A stretch of 64,000 bases of DNA from Polyangiaceae bacterium (GTDB taxonomy: Bacteria > Myxococcota_A > Polyangia > Polyangiales > Polyangiaceae). Of the stretch, positions 37,798 through 48,125 are shown piece after piece. The translations under genes and the position numbers were made by a program. The stretch covers positions 288,001 to 352,000 of the forward strand of contig JANRKO010000023.1 in NCBI GenBank assembly GCA_033763455.1, read 5' to 3'. The first letter of the stretch is position 1; each line of letters opens with the position of its first letter. The notes below the pieces were generated by a model. The model made no database searches. It was not told where the DNA came from and saw only the letters and a list, made by a program, of their open reading frames with translations.

Positions 37798-40554
37798 ATG
37801 ACCGATTTGGCAACCGTGGTTCGCAGGCTTGTGGGTGGGGTGCTAGTGGCTGGCGCGATCTTGGGGGTGGAGGCTCCTCTGTTCGCGAGTGAGAACGTCG
37901 CATTGTTCGAGAGCGGGCAGGTGCGGCCGCTCGCACTTTCCCCCAGCGGTAATCTGCTGTTTGCGGTCAACACTCCGGATGCACGGTTGGAAATCTTCCG
38001 CGTACTTCCAACAGGGCTCAGTAAAGTGGATTCCGTGGCGGTCGGCTTGGAACCGGTAGCGGTCGCTGCGCGCAACGAGAATGAGGTTTGGGTCGTTAAC
38101 CACTTGTCGGACAGTGTGAGCATCGTCGATCTGCGTGGTCCAAAAGCGCGCGTGGTTCGTACGTTACAGGTTGGGGATGAACCGCGGGATATTGTATTCG
38201 GCGGCCAGCGCAAAGACCGAGCCTTCATCACCGTGGCGCACCGCGGGCAAAATGCCCCTTTTGACCCGCAATTCAATACGCCTGGCGTGGGGCGCGCGGA
38301 CGTGTGGGTATACGACGCCGATAACTTGGGGAGCGCCCTCACTGGCAACCCTATCAACATTATCAATCTGTTTACAGACACGCCTCGTGCCCTGGAGGTG
38401 AGCCCTGATGGTGGCCTCGTCTATGCCGCAGGCTTCAACACGGGGAACCGCACCACAATTGTCACGGAGTTCATTGGCCCGCCATTGCCGCCTCCCACCA
38501 CGAACTTTGAAGGCCTCCATCAGCCCAAGGTTGGCCTCATTGTCAAGAACAATGGGCAAAACTGGGTAGATGAGTTGGGGCGCCCGTGGGATGCACTCGT
38601 CAACTTCAACTTGCCAGATAAAGATGTGTTTGTGATCGACGCGTTTGCCAACCCTCCGCAGCCTGTGGAAGGCGGCGCGGGTTATTTCCAGGGCGTCGGC
38701 ACTGTTCTTTACAACATGGCGGTGAATCCAGTGTCTGGGAAGGTTTATGTTTCCAACACGGATGCGCGCAACGAGGAACGCTTTGAAGGGCCAGGCGTGT
38801 TCGCTGGGCACAGCGTCCAAGGGCGCCACAACGACAACCGCATCACCGTGCTGGGTGTGGGTGGCGCCGTCCAGCCGCGCCACTTGAACAAGCACTTGGA
38901 CAACATCAGCTGCTGCGCCTCGCTGCCCAACGCCGAAAATGCCAAGAGTGTAGGGCTTCCGACCGGCATGGTGGTGAGCGCCGACGGAAGCGAACTTTAT
39001 GTCGCGTCGCTAGGTTCTTCCGTTGTTGCCACGTACAAGACGAGCGAGCTTGAGCAAGATACGTTCGTTCCAAGTGCCGCCAATAAGATCGCCCTCACGG
39101 GGGGCGGCGCCACAGGGCTCGTATTCGACAAGCAACAGCGTCGCCTTTTCGTAATGACGCGTTTCGATAATTCTATCTCCGTGGTGGACACCCGGTTGCG
39201 CCGAGAGGTCGCCCATACGCCGATGTACACGCCCGAGCCGCCCAGCATCGTGAAGGGCCGTCACATCTTGTACGACACCCGGCTGAGCGCCAAGGGCGAT
39301 TCGGCCTGCGCCACCTGCCACGTTTTCGGCGACAAAGACGACTTGAGTTGGGACCTCGGCGACCCGGATGGCACGATGTTGGTGAACAACAATCCCTTCC
39401 GCTTTGACCTCTTACCGACACCGATAGATGTTTCCTTCCCGCCCATGAAAGGGCCTCTTGCGACGCAGAGCCTGCGCGGAATGGCCAACCACGGGCCGAT
39501 GCATTGGCGCGGAGATCGCACCGGGTCACGCACGGAGCCGAACGCTCAGCCCGATAGTGGCGCTTACAACGAACGCGAAGCGTTCCGGCAGTTCGAAGTG
39601 GCGTTTACGGGGCTCATTGGCCGAGCCGACTTACTCCCACCCGAAGACATGCAGGCGTTTGGTGACTTCGCGTTGCGCCTGATGTACCCACCAAACCCGA
39701 TCCGCAACCTCGACAACTCTCTCACTCCGGACCAGGCCGCCGGCCGTGAGTTCTTCTTCCACCGCAAGAGCGAGAAACGCCCTATTGATGGCCAGAGCGT
39801 GGAGTGCAACCACTGTCACCAAACGGATCCGGATGCGAATCGCGAATTTGGCGTGGCTTTTCCAGGGTTCTTTGGTACCGACGGGCAATCCGCACGAGAA
39901 GTGTTTGATCAGGCGTTCAAGATCCCCCATTTTCGAAATCTATACACGAAGGTCGGAATGTTCGGGATGCCCAATCTTGCGCCGCTCGTAGAACCCGTTG
40001 AAGGGCTTATGACGTTCCAGGGCGATCAAGTACGTGGCTTCGGCTATTCACGCGCCGGAGATTTCGATACCGCGCTACGTTTTCTGCACGTCACCACCTT
40101 TAGTAAGGCCTTTCTATTCGGCCCGAATCCAGACGGTTTTGATCCCGGCCCGGCCGGTTTGGCTGAACGCCTGCAAGTGCAAGCTTTCTTGCTAGCCTTC
40201 GACAGCAATAATAAGCCGATTGTTGGTCAGCAAATCACGCTCACCCGAGATTCAGCAGCCGTAGCTTGGGCCCGCGCCCAATTGCTCGCTGCGCGCGCTG
40301 ACGCGGGCGACTGTGATCTTGTAGCGAAGGTTCAGCGGGGAGGGTCGGAGCGCGGCTACTTGTACCTTGGCGGCAACCAATTCCTGAGCGATCAAGGCTC
40401 CGCAACTGTGCCAGGTACCCAAGTCTTCGGCCAAGCGGCTCTACCTCAAACGAGCGTCACCCTCACCTGTGCTCCGCTTGGCACCGGGTTCCGAAGCGCC
40501 GTCGATCGCGACGACGACGGAATCCTGGATGGTAACGACCCAACCTTGAATTGA
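37798..40554 (+). CDS. Secreted YVTN/YncE-type beta-propeller protein with di-heme cytochrome c region
   Basis: FESGQVRPLALSP, VGLEPVAVA, VGDEPRDI; CATCH and CNHCH heme motifs; HWRGDR. Confidence 0.88.
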   Translation: MTDLATVVRRLVGGVLVAGAILGVEAPLFASENVALFESGQVRPLALSPSGNLLFAVNTPDARLEIFRVLPTGLSKVDSVAVGLEPVAVAARNENEVWVVNHLSDSVSIVDLRGPKARVVRTLQVGDEPRDIVFGGQRKDRAFITVAHRGQNAPFDPQFNTPGVGRADVWVYDADNLGSALTGNPINIINLFTDTPRALEVSPDGGLVYAAGFNTGNRTTIVTEFIGPPLPPPTTNFEGLHQPKVGLIVKNNGQNWVDELGRPWDALVNFNLPDKDVFVIDAFANPPQPVEGGAGYFQGVGTVLYNMAVNPVSGKVYVSNTDARNEERFEGPGVFAGHSVQGRHNDNRITVLGVGGAVQPRHLNKHLDNISCCASLPNAENAKSVGLPTGMVVSADGSELYVASLGSSVVATYKTSELEQDTFVPSAANKIALTGGGATGLVFDKQQRRLFVMTRFDNSISVVDTRLRREVAHTPMYTPEPPSIVKGRHILYDTRLSAKGDSACATCHVFGDKDDLSWDLGDPDGTMLVNNNPFRFDLLPTPIDVSFPPMKGPLATQSLRGMANHGPMHWRGDRTGSRTEPNAQPDSGAYNEREAFRQFEVAFTGLIGRADLLPPEDMQAFGDFALRLMYPPNPIRNLDNSLTPDQAAGREFFFHRKSEKRPIDGQSVECNHCHQTDPDANREFGVAFPGFFGTDGQSAREVFDQAFKIPHFRNLYTKVGMFGMPNLAPLVEPVEGLMTFQGDQVRGFGYSRAGDFDTALRFLHVTTFSKAFLFGPNPDGFDPGPAGLAERLQVQAFLLAFDSNNKPIVGQQITLTRDSAAVAWARAQLLAARADAGDCDLVAKVQRGGSERGYLYLGGNQFLSDQGSATVPGTQVFGQAALPQTSVTLTCAPLGTGFRSAVDRDDDGILDGNDPTLN

Positions 40555-40556
40555 TC

Positions 40557-41045
40557 ATGAGCATGGAGACCGGGCAGCTCCCGCACAAGAAACCCAAAGC
40601 GGGGGGGCGCACGTGCGTGTACCGCGTATTTGCGGAGTACATTCTGGTGATGCACTCCGGGAACTCGCCAGCCGATGATGAATGGGCTGATCTAGTGAGA
40701 GCCTTTCGCGAATCCGACCTCAAGAACCTGCGCATCTTGGTGTTCACCTACGGTGGCGCCCCGAGTGCCCGACAGCGCGCCGCGATCAATAACGTCCTGC
40801 GCGATCACGAGCCAAGGATCGCAATTATGACACCTTCGGCTTTTGCTCGAGCCGTGGGCACCGCCATGACCTGGTTCAATCCCCACATGGCCCTGTTTGG
40901 CCCGGATCAGCTCAGCGAGGCCATGAAGCACTTGGGTTCGCCCGAACATGATCGGCCGCGGCTTCGCCTCGTATTGAGTGAGTTGGAGCGAGAGCTGGAG
41001 CGCCTATCCGGGGCACCACCGGCGCGTGCCGGTATCCGGATGTAG
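40557..41045 (+). CDS. Myxobacterial STAS/SpoIIAA-like small protein
   Basis: P.DDEW...LVFTYGGAPSARQR...SAFARAVGTAMTWFN. Confidence 0.65.
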   Translation: MSMETGQLPHKKPKAGGRTCVYRVFAEYILVMHSGNSPADDEWADLVRAFRESDLKNLRILVFTYGGAPSARQRAAINNVLRDHEPRIAIMTPSAFARAVGTAMTWFNPHMALFGPDQLSEAMKHLGSPEHDRPRLRLVLSELERELERLSGAPPARAGIRM

Positions 41046-41073
41046 GAGGCGATGTGGCGTAGCCTAGCTCCAG

Positions 41074-41733
41074 CTAGGCTGGCGGTGGCTTCGAGACGCT
41101 CGCCGGATCTACCCGAAGCGTCCCCTCGCGATAGCCCGCCTTCAGTTGCTCCACAGCAGCGACCACATCCAGCCCGGAAACTCGACCAGACTTGCCAATG
41201 TGAGGCAACACCCAAACGCTGGCCTCGGCGACGGAGCGATACACCTTGAGGGGGTAAGCGGGCCGAAGCGCGAGCACCAGCATGGAGAGCACGCTGCGGA
41301 ATGTTGCGGCCACAAAACCATCCCCCTCAATCACCATGGCTCCCGCCTTCATGACCTGGCCAAACTCACGAAACACGCGCTTGATGATCAGGCGAGCTTC
41401 TTCGGTAGGAGGCGGAGTGTCCGACTGAAGCACTGCAAGAAATGCGCTTCCATCGGGGCTTACCTCCTTGAGCTTACGGATCCAGCGCCGTTGCTGCTCA
41501 AAAATGCTCGGACGAGGATCCTCCTTAATAATCAAGATGAGAAGCCCGCCCATAGTGGCGGCGCAATGCTCTGGGCACACGTCGATCACCGTGGGGCTCT
41601 GGGTCGGCACAGGCTCGGGAACGGGCAAAGCTGGGCCATGGTGGCTTCCACCCCATCGATCGTCAAGGCACGGAAGACGCATTGTTCTCTCCCTTCGCAC
41701 GCTCGCTCTTACAATTGCCGCGGAGGTCCGCAC
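41074..41733 (-). CDS. Myxobacterial STAS/SpoIIAA-like small protein
   Basis: PPPTEEAR...VIEGDGFVAATFRSV...KVYRSVAEASVW; start uncertain. Confidence 0.65.
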   Translation of the reverse strand: MRTSAAIVRASVRRERTMRLPCLDDRWGGSHHGPALPVPEPVPTQSPTVIDVCPEHCAATMGGLLILIIKEDPRPSIFEQQRRWIRKLKEVSPDGSAFLAVLQSDTPPPTEEARLIIKRVFREFGQVMKAGAMVIEGDGFVAATFRSVLSMLVLALRPAYPLKVYRSVAEASVWVLPHIGKSGRVSGLDVVAAVEQLKAGYREGTLRVDPASVSKPPPA

Positions 41734-41821
41734 GAGGCTGATACCGCGGTGTTGCAGGTGCCATGCAGCGCCGCTTGCTGGTGCTTGCCTCGGGCCTCAA
41801 GAACTGCGAGGTTCCGCGCAC

Positions 41822-43447
41822 ATGCTGCGACTCGACTCCGTCTCAAAACAGCACGGGAAACAGATCCTTTTTCTCGACGCTTCCATGGGCGCCTTCAAGG
41901 GCGAGCGTGTGGGGCTCGTGGGTCCCAACGGAGCGGGCAAATCCACCATTTTCCGCTTGATCATGCGCGAAGAGCAGGCGGATGGTGGGCAGGTTGTTGT
42001 CGATAAGGGCGTAACGATTGGCTACTTCAGCCAGAGCGTTGGGGAGATGGCGGGGCGAAGTGTCATTCAGGAAACAATGGCCGGCGCCGGCGCCGTGGCT
42101 GAGGTGGGCGCTGAGCTCGCCGAGCTTGAGCTCGCCATGGCGGACCCAGAGCGCATGGATGAGCTCGATGCCTTGATTGAACGTTTCGGAACGGTGCAAG
42201 CCCGTTTCGACGAACTCGGAGGTTACGCGCTGGAAGCACGGGCTCGCGAAATCCTAGCAGGCTTGAGCTTTCGCCCGGAAACCATCGACGACGACGTGGG
42301 CAAGCTTTCAGGTGGTTGGAAAATGCGCGTGGCTCTCGCGCGCATTCTGCTCATGCGCCCCGATGTGCTCTTGCTGGACGAGCCAACCAACCATTTGGAC
42401 ATCGAATCGATCATTTGGCTGGAACGATTTCTGAAGGGCTTCGAAGGCGCCATCATCGTCACCTCGCATGATCGGGAGTTTCTGAATCGCCTGGTTACGA
42501 AAATTGTAGAGATAGACGGTGGAGAGTTAACCACATATACTGGCAACTTCGATTTTTTCGAGCAGCAGCGCGCCATCAACGCCAAGCAAGCGCAAGCGCA
42601 GTACGATCGGCAGCAGGCCATGCTGGCCAAAGAAGAGGCCTTCATCGCTCGTTTTAAGGCCCGGGCTAGCCACGCCGCCCAGGTGCAATCACGCGTCAAG
42701 AAGCTCGATAAGATCGAGCGCTTCGAGCCACCAAAACGCCGACAAATCATCGATTTTGAGTTCCGCCCGCCGCAGCGGTCGGGGGACGACGTAGTCAAGA
42801 TTGAAAAGCTCAATAAGGCGTACGGTAGCCTCAAAATATACGACAACTTTGATCTCCTGATCCGGCGGCGAGAGCGTTGGTGTGTGATGGGGGTTAACGG
42901 CGCCGGCAAATCAACACTGTTAAAGCTAGTGGCTGGTGAAGCGCAGCCAGATTCTGGGCGGGTGGCTGTGGGGGCAAGCGTGAAGCTCGGCTACTTCGCT
43001 CAACATTCGATGGAAGTTCTGGACCCATCGCAGACTGTCATCGAATCATTGCAGTGGTCCTTCCCTATGGCGGGTCTTGGCACCTTGCGCACACTTGCCG
43101 GGGCATTTGGCTTTTCGGGCGATGAAGTCGAAAAATCCTGTCAGGTGCTCTCAGGCGGAGAGAAGGCGCGCTTGGTGTTGGCCAAGATGTTGTTCGATCC
43201 ACCGAACCTTTTGGTGTTGGACGAGCCCACCAACCACCTGGACATGGACACCAAAGAGATGCTGGTGAAGGCCTTAATGAATTTTGAAGGCACACTCCTG
43301 TTCGTGTCCCACGATCGAAAGTTCTTGTCGGCGCTCTCCAATCGCGTCTTGGAGCTCACGCCGGGCAATGTCCATGTTTATCCGGGCGGCTACACCGAAT
43401 ACGTCGAGCAATCAGGGCATGAAGCGCCGGGTGTTGGGCCAAGTTAG
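41822..43447 (+). CDS. ABC-F family ATPase
   Basis: Two NBDs (GPNGAGKST, LSGGWKMR, LLLDEPTNHLD; GVNGAGKST, LSGGEKAR), no TM segments; start at ATG 41822. Confidence 0.95.
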   Translation: MLRLDSVSKQHGKQILFLDASMGAFKGERVGLVGPNGAGKSTIFRLIMREEQADGGQVVVDKGVTIGYFSQSVGEMAGRSVIQETMAGAGAVAEVGAELAELELAMADPERMDELDALIERFGTVQARFDELGGYALEARAREILAGLSFRPETIDDDVGKLSGGWKMRVALARILLMRPDVLLLDEPTNHLDIESIIWLERFLKGFEGAIIVTSHDREFLNRLVTKIVEIDGGELTTYTGNFDFFEQQRAINAKQAQAQYDRQQAMLAKEEAFIARFKARASHAAQVQSRVKKLDKIERFEPPKRRQIIDFEFRPPQRSGDDVVKIEKLNKAYGSLKIYDNFDLLIRRRERWCVMGVNGAGKSTLLKLVAGEAQPDSGRVAVGASVKLGYFAQHSMEVLDPSQTVIESLQWSFPMAGLGTLRTLAGAFGFSGDEVEKSCQVLSGGEKARLVLAKMLFDPPNLLVLDEPTNHLDMDTKEMLVKALMNFEGTLLFVSHDRKFLSALSNRVLELTPGNVHVYPGGYTEYVEQSGHEAPGVGPS

Positions 43448-43510
43448 GCCGCGCCAATTGCGCCAAAAACGGGGGGGCACTAGGTTTGAGGTTTGCCCAA
43501 GGATCCCCGC

Positions 43511-45625
43511 GTGAGCCCACAACCCATAAAAGACCCAGCCCTGGAACACTACAACACCATTCCGGACTTTAGCGCGTTCGATCCCTCCCGGGTCGAACCG
43601 CTGCTCACTCGCTTGATTGCGAAGCAAGATCAGGCACTCCAGGAGCTTGAGAGCTCATGCACTCCAACCTGGGCCGGGGTTGTCCAGCCTCTCACCGATC
43701 TGGCCGAGCCTTTATCTTACGCCTGGGGAGTGGTGCACCACCTTCTCAGCGTCAAAGATAGCGAGCCGTTGCGTGATGTGGTGCAAAAGCTGCAACCGTT
43801 GGTCGTCGCAGCAAGCCTGCGCTTGGCTCAGAGCGAAGCTCTGTATCGAGCGCACCGAGAAATCCAAAATGGCGCCGAATGGGCCAAGCTCGATGAGGCC
43901 CAACGCCGCGTCGTAGAAGCGGCCATCTTGGGCGCAGAGCATAGCGGTATTGCGCTCGCTGGTGCCGAACGCGCGCGCTTCAATGAAATCGAAGCTGAGC
44001 TGGCACGCTTGGGAACGCACTTTAGCAATCATGTTTTGGACGCCACCAAGGCTTTTTCGCTGATTTTGCGCACACCCGAAGAGGTGCGCGGCCTGCCTGA
44101 AACCGTTCTCGGCATGATGGCCCAGTCGGCGCGAGCCCACGCCGAAGGCGATGCCACCCTCGAAAATGCCACCGCCAGCTCCGGCCCATGGCGCCTCACA
44201 CTAGACGCACCGATCTTGGGGCCATTTCTCAAACATGCCTACGCACGCGATCTGCGTGAGAAGCTATACCGAGCTTACGTAACGCAAGCCTCCAGCGGAG
44301 AGCTCGATAATCAGCCCATCATTTTAGATATTCTTCGGCTTAGAAAAGAAAAGGCGCGCCTGCTCGGCTACGCTACCTACGCCGACCTCAGTCTTTCTCG
44401 AAAGATGGCCAAACAAGTCCCAGCCGTCGAAAAGATGTTGGCAGATTTGCGGCGAACCTCGCGCCCAGTAGCTGAAGCCGAATACACCCAGCTCATCGCT
44501 TTTGTGGCAGCCCAAACAGGAGAAGCCAAGCCGGATGTGAAGTTGTGGGATGTGGGGTTCTGGGCCGAGCGCCAACGCGAAAAGCTGCTGGATTTTACTG
44601 ACGAACAGCTGCGTCCCTTCTTCCCCCTCCCCCGCGTATTGGAGGGCCTATTTGGCGTCGCCGAGCGGCTCTTTGGCGTGAAGATTGTCGCCGCCGACGG
44701 CCAAGCGCCGATCTGGGAGGCAAGCGTTCGCTTCTTCCGCGTGCTGGATGCCACAGGCCAAGCCGTCGCAAGCTTCTTTCTCGATCCTTATACCCGCCCC
44801 GCCGAAAAGCGTGGCGGCGCCTGGATGAATACGTGCCTGGATCGAAAGCTTTTGGCAGACGGCTCCGTACGCCTCCCGGTTGCCTACCTCATCTGCAACC
44901 AAAGCCCACCCGTTGGGCAAACGCCGTCGCTCATGACCTTCGGTGAGGTGGAAACGCTCTTCCACGAATTCGGGCACGGCCTGCAACACATGCTCACGCG
45001 CGTCAATTACGTAGATGCCGCTGGCATCAACAACATCGAGTGGGACGCCGTCGAGCTTCCGAGCCAATTCATGGAAAATTGGTGCTACCACCGCCCCACG
45101 CTCCTCACTTTTGCCCGCCATTTCGAGTCGGGAGAGCCGCTCCCGCAAGATTTGTTCGACAAATTGCTCTCAGCTCGCAACTATCGCGCCGGTAGCCAAT
45201 TCCTGCGCCAAGTGCACCTCGGCTCCCTCGATCTCGCGCTCCACTCAAGCTTCGAGCCCAATGACACCGAGAGCCTGCAAACGTTAGTGCAAAGCGTTGC
45301 GCGCGAGAACACGATCCTCAAGCCTTTGCCCGAAGATCGCTTCCTCTGCTCCTTCGGCCACATTTTCGCGGGTGGCTACGCCGCGGGATACTACAGCTAC
45401 AAGTGGGCCGAGGTGCTCGCCGCCGACGCCTTCACAGCTTTCACAGAAGCTGGCCTAGATAATCCCGAGAAGCTCAGCGAAGTAGGCACCCGCTTTCGCG
45501 ACACCGTCCTCGCCCTCGGTGGCGGCAAAGAACCCGGCGCCGTCTTCAGGCTCTTCCGCGGCCGCGACCCAGATCCCAAAGCCCTGCTCGAAAGCTACGG
45601 CCTTTCGCCAGCAGCAGCGGAATAG
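43511..45625 (+). CDS. prlC: Oligopeptidase A (M3A metallopeptidase)
   Basis: KRGGAWM, FHEFGHGLQHMLT, EWDAVELPSQFMENW, GGYAAGYYSYKWAEVL. Confidence 0.95.
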   Translation: MSPQPIKDPALEHYNTIPDFSAFDPSRVEPLLTRLIAKQDQALQELESSCTPTWAGVVQPLTDLAEPLSYAWGVVHHLLSVKDSEPLRDVVQKLQPLVVAASLRLAQSEALYRAHREIQNGAEWAKLDEAQRRVVEAAILGAEHSGIALAGAERARFNEIEAELARLGTHFSNHVLDATKAFSLILRTPEEVRGLPETVLGMMAQSARAHAEGDATLENATASSGPWRLTLDAPILGPFLKHAYARDLREKLYRAYVTQASSGELDNQPIILDILRLRKEKARLLGYATYADLSLSRKMAKQVPAVEKMLADLRRTSRPVAEAEYTQLIAFVAAQTGEAKPDVKLWDVGFWAERQREKLLDFTDEQLRPFFPLPRVLEGLFGVAERLFGVKIVAADGQAPIWEASVRFFRVLDATGQAVASFFLDPYTRPAEKRGGAWMNTCLDRKLLADGSVRLPVAYLICNQSPPVGQTPSLMTFGEVETLFHEFGHGLQHMLTRVNYVDAAGINNIEWDAVELPSQFMENWCYHRPTLLTFARHFESGEPLPQDLFDKLLSARNYRAGSQFLRQVHLGSLDLALHSSFEPNDTESLQTLVQSVARENTILKPLPEDRFLCSFGHIFAGGYAAGYYSYKWAEVLAADAFTAFTEAGLDNPEKLSEVGTRFRDTVLALGGGKEPGAVFRLFRGRDPDPKALLESYGLSPAAAE

Positions 45626-45732
45626 ACCGCAAAAAAGGCCCCCTCACGTCACGGTTGCGCGCGTGGACGCGGCCGTGGCAGAACCCTCAGCGCACTGACG
45701 GCTCGGAACCCAAACGAGCCAGAAGAGCACCC

Positions 45733-45806
45733 GCTTCCGTAGCTCAGTTGGATAGAGCAGGGCTTTCCTAAAGCCAAGGTCGCAAGTTCGATTCTTGCCG
45801 GAGGCG
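45733..45806 (+). tRNA. tRNA-Arg (anticodon CCT)
   Basis: Acceptor GCTTCCG/CGGAGGC, D-arm GCTC/GAGC, anticodon loop TTCCTAA, T-arm GCAAG-TTCGATT-CTTGC; CCA not encoded. Confidence 0.95.
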
Positions 45807-45886
45807 CTAAACGTCAACGACGGTAAAACAACCAAATACGGCCGTGCCCGTTGCAGTTGCGGCACGACGACGGCACCCGGCGGTAA

Positions 45887-45946
45887 GGACGCAACGCCAC
45901 GCAGCAGGACGCTCTGGGACGCAGGCCGGGGCAATAGGTGGGCAAT
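45887..45946. repeat. Phased short direct repeats (GGACGC at 10-bp period; GGGCAAT x2 at 11-bp period), att-arm-like
   Basis: GGACGC at 45887, 45907, 45917 with CCACGC at 45897; GGGCAAT at 45929 and 45940; 80-140 bp after the tRNA. Confidence 0.55.
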
Positions 45947-46114
45947 GGCGACGCCGTGGCCGGCTCGCGGCGACTCACACGGAAAACAGCGGCCTTGCCT
46001 GCATCCAGCCTATCTAGCTCGACCCTGAGCAAAAACCAGCCCCATGCACCTTTCATTCAGCTGCGAACTTGGTGGATTGCGCTGCTCTCTCGGAGTTTTC
46101 GCGCACGGACATGC

Positions 46115-47758
46115 TTAACGATTTCGCGCGCAACGCATCCCGATATTATTAAAGCGGCTCTCTGGCGAGCCGCTAAGGGCGATGCGTTCAGTCGATGTGA
46201 GGAATGCGGCATCGTAATCATACGCTCCACCCCGCACGGTGCGATTGCCGACGCTCGTAAGATTAGCGCAATTGTTGCAGTTAGCTTGATACTGCTCGCT
46301 GTACTGGTCCTGGGTCCACTCCCAGATGTTCCCCGCCAGGTCAGCCTGACCCCACTTCCCGTTCCCGGCCAATACGGAGCCTACCGGAGCGATGTCCAGC
46401 GCCTCGCACGAATTAGTGCCGTTGTAGTAACATCCATACACGGCGAGGCTCGCGTCCGCCGCGGGCGCTGTAGCTCCCCATGGGTAGACTCGCTGCTCGT
46501 TCCCTCCCGCCGCTGCGTAGTTCCACTCCGCCTCTGTGGGTAGCCTGCCCCCATCCCACGTGCAGAATGCCTGCGCTTCGTACCAATTGACGCAGTTCAT
46601 GGGTCGATCCTCGTTAGCCCCGACTGCGTCGGTCCATGTCTGGAACGTGGTGTCGCACTTTAGTGCACTCGTCATCGTCGATGTGCTCCCTTGCAGGTAC
46701 ACGTTCCACGCGTTGTCCCACCCGGCGTCGGACGCGTTATTCACGTTCTTGCCGGCTCCGGTTGGGATCATGCTGAAGCCAGACGCCACCCAGAACTTCC
46801 GGAACCTTCCGACCGTTACTTCGTAGTAATCTAGTCGGAAATCGCTCACCGTGGCTGGGTAGACTGCGTTGTTGCTTCGATTGAATGTGCCACCCGGGAT
46901 CGTTACCGTCGTGCAGCAGTTCTCGCTTCCGGAAACGCCGCAGCTTGCGGCTAGGCCTGAGCAACTCGGAGGTGAGCCGCATTCCCCCGCACCCGTACAC
47001 GCGGGCGCGCTGTCCGGGCACGCTGTGGCGGTTCCCCAAGATGCTCCTGTGCTGTCACACGTCTGTGCCGAGGATCCATCTGAACACTTCTTGGTTCCAG
47101 GTGTGCAAACGCCTGAACAGAGGCCGTCTCCGGTACACGCTTGATTCACGCACGCGATGGGTGGTGCCCAGGCGCCGTTATCGTCGCACGTTTGAGCCGC
47201 GTTGCCGGAACACTTCTTGGCTCCAGGCGTACATACGCCTGTGCACTCCCCTGCAACGCAGGCTTGGCTCACGCACTCCTCCAACTTGTGAGTGCTTACC
47301 AAATCCGGCCCGCAAGCAACCCGACTCAAGGCATCGCAGAATGTGTTCCCCACCGCATCAACGCACGCGGCAACTATCGGTGCGCATGCACCCACGTCGG
47401 CTCCCGCCCGCGAGTCACAGTACTGTCCGACAGGACAAGTGCCATTGGGTGCCCACACGCCGTTGACACAAGCTATCTGCTGGCGCTGCGCGTGTCCCGC
47501 ACATGCGTACGCTCCGGTCGCGCAAGGCTGCCCGAGTGTCCCAATTTGACTGCCACCGCTTCCCCCGGCCGTCGACAGGCTTCCGCCCAGAGCAGCGGCG
47601 CCACCCGAAATCGTCATGCCCGCTCCTCCCGCGGCGGAAGCGGCCCCGGCCATGGTTGGCGCGCTCCCGCCGCTCGCAACGACATTATGTGGGGGGACGG
47701 AATCACACGCTGCACCCAGCACCAGCACCCCCCCCAAAGGCCATATCCTTTTAAGCAC
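46115..47758 (-). CDS. Cys-rich lipoprotein with C-terminal FGE-sulfatase (SUMF1-like) domain
   Basis: Lipobox GAAC; FRLDYYEVTVGRF, PMNCVNWYEAQAFC, RLPTEAEWNYAA, DLAGNIWEW, GMRCAR. Confidence 0.9.
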   Translation of the reverse strand: MLKRIWPLGGVLVLGAACDSVPPHNVVASGGSAPTMAGAASAAGGAGMTISGGAAALGGSLSTAGGSGGSQIGTLGQPCATGAYACAGHAQRQQIACVNGVWAPNGTCPVGQYCDSRAGADVGACAPIVAACVDAVGNTFCDALSRVACGPDLVSTHKLEECVSQACVAGECTGVCTPGAKKCSGNAAQTCDDNGAWAPPIACVNQACTGDGLCSGVCTPGTKKCSDGSSAQTCDSTGASWGTATACPDSAPACTGAGECGSPPSCSGLAASCGVSGSENCCTTVTIPGGTFNRSNNAVYPATVSDFRLDYYEVTVGRFRKFWVASGFSMIPTGAGKNVNNASDAGWDNAWNVYLQGSTSTMTSALKCDTTFQTWTDAVGANEDRPMNCVNWYEAQAFCTWDGGRLPTEAEWNYAAAGGNEQRVYPWGATAPAADASLAVYGCYYNGTNSCEALDIAPVGSVLAGNGKWGQADLAGNIWEWTQDQYSEQYQANCNNCANLTSVGNRTVRGGAYDYDAAFLTSTERIALSGSPESRFNNIGMRCARNR

Positions 47759-48125
47759 CGTGCACTCCGCGTCGACAGAAGACCACGCACGTACATTACA
47801 GGGTCGCAGCAGTTGTGCCTAGCTAGCGTTGTGTACCAACACCTGGCGTTCACTCCCACCAGGCGTCGTCAATACTCTTCGCTCGTTGGCCGAATCCAAA
47901 AGGCGCAGGTGAATGCCGCCCAAAGCAGCAGCAAGGTGGCCGCCGACGTCGATCGTGAGCGACGCTGGCGCCAAATATGCCGATAATATCCTCGTTCTTT
48001 GGCATACATATTCGCACGTAGCACGATGATCACCCTCCCCCGAAGGTCACGCGGAGCACCTGCGTCGGTCGTCGGCGCAGATCTCGGACGACCCGCGGCT
48101 CGGTCGGCTTTCTCCGCCGCGCCCA

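Noticed and set aside
41468..41821. N-terminal extension of the ABC-F ORF; similar extensions at 21990, 22598, 15756, 52139 and 58463
   Set aside because: They overlap neighbouring genes or precede the family-typical N-terminus; downstream starts fit better
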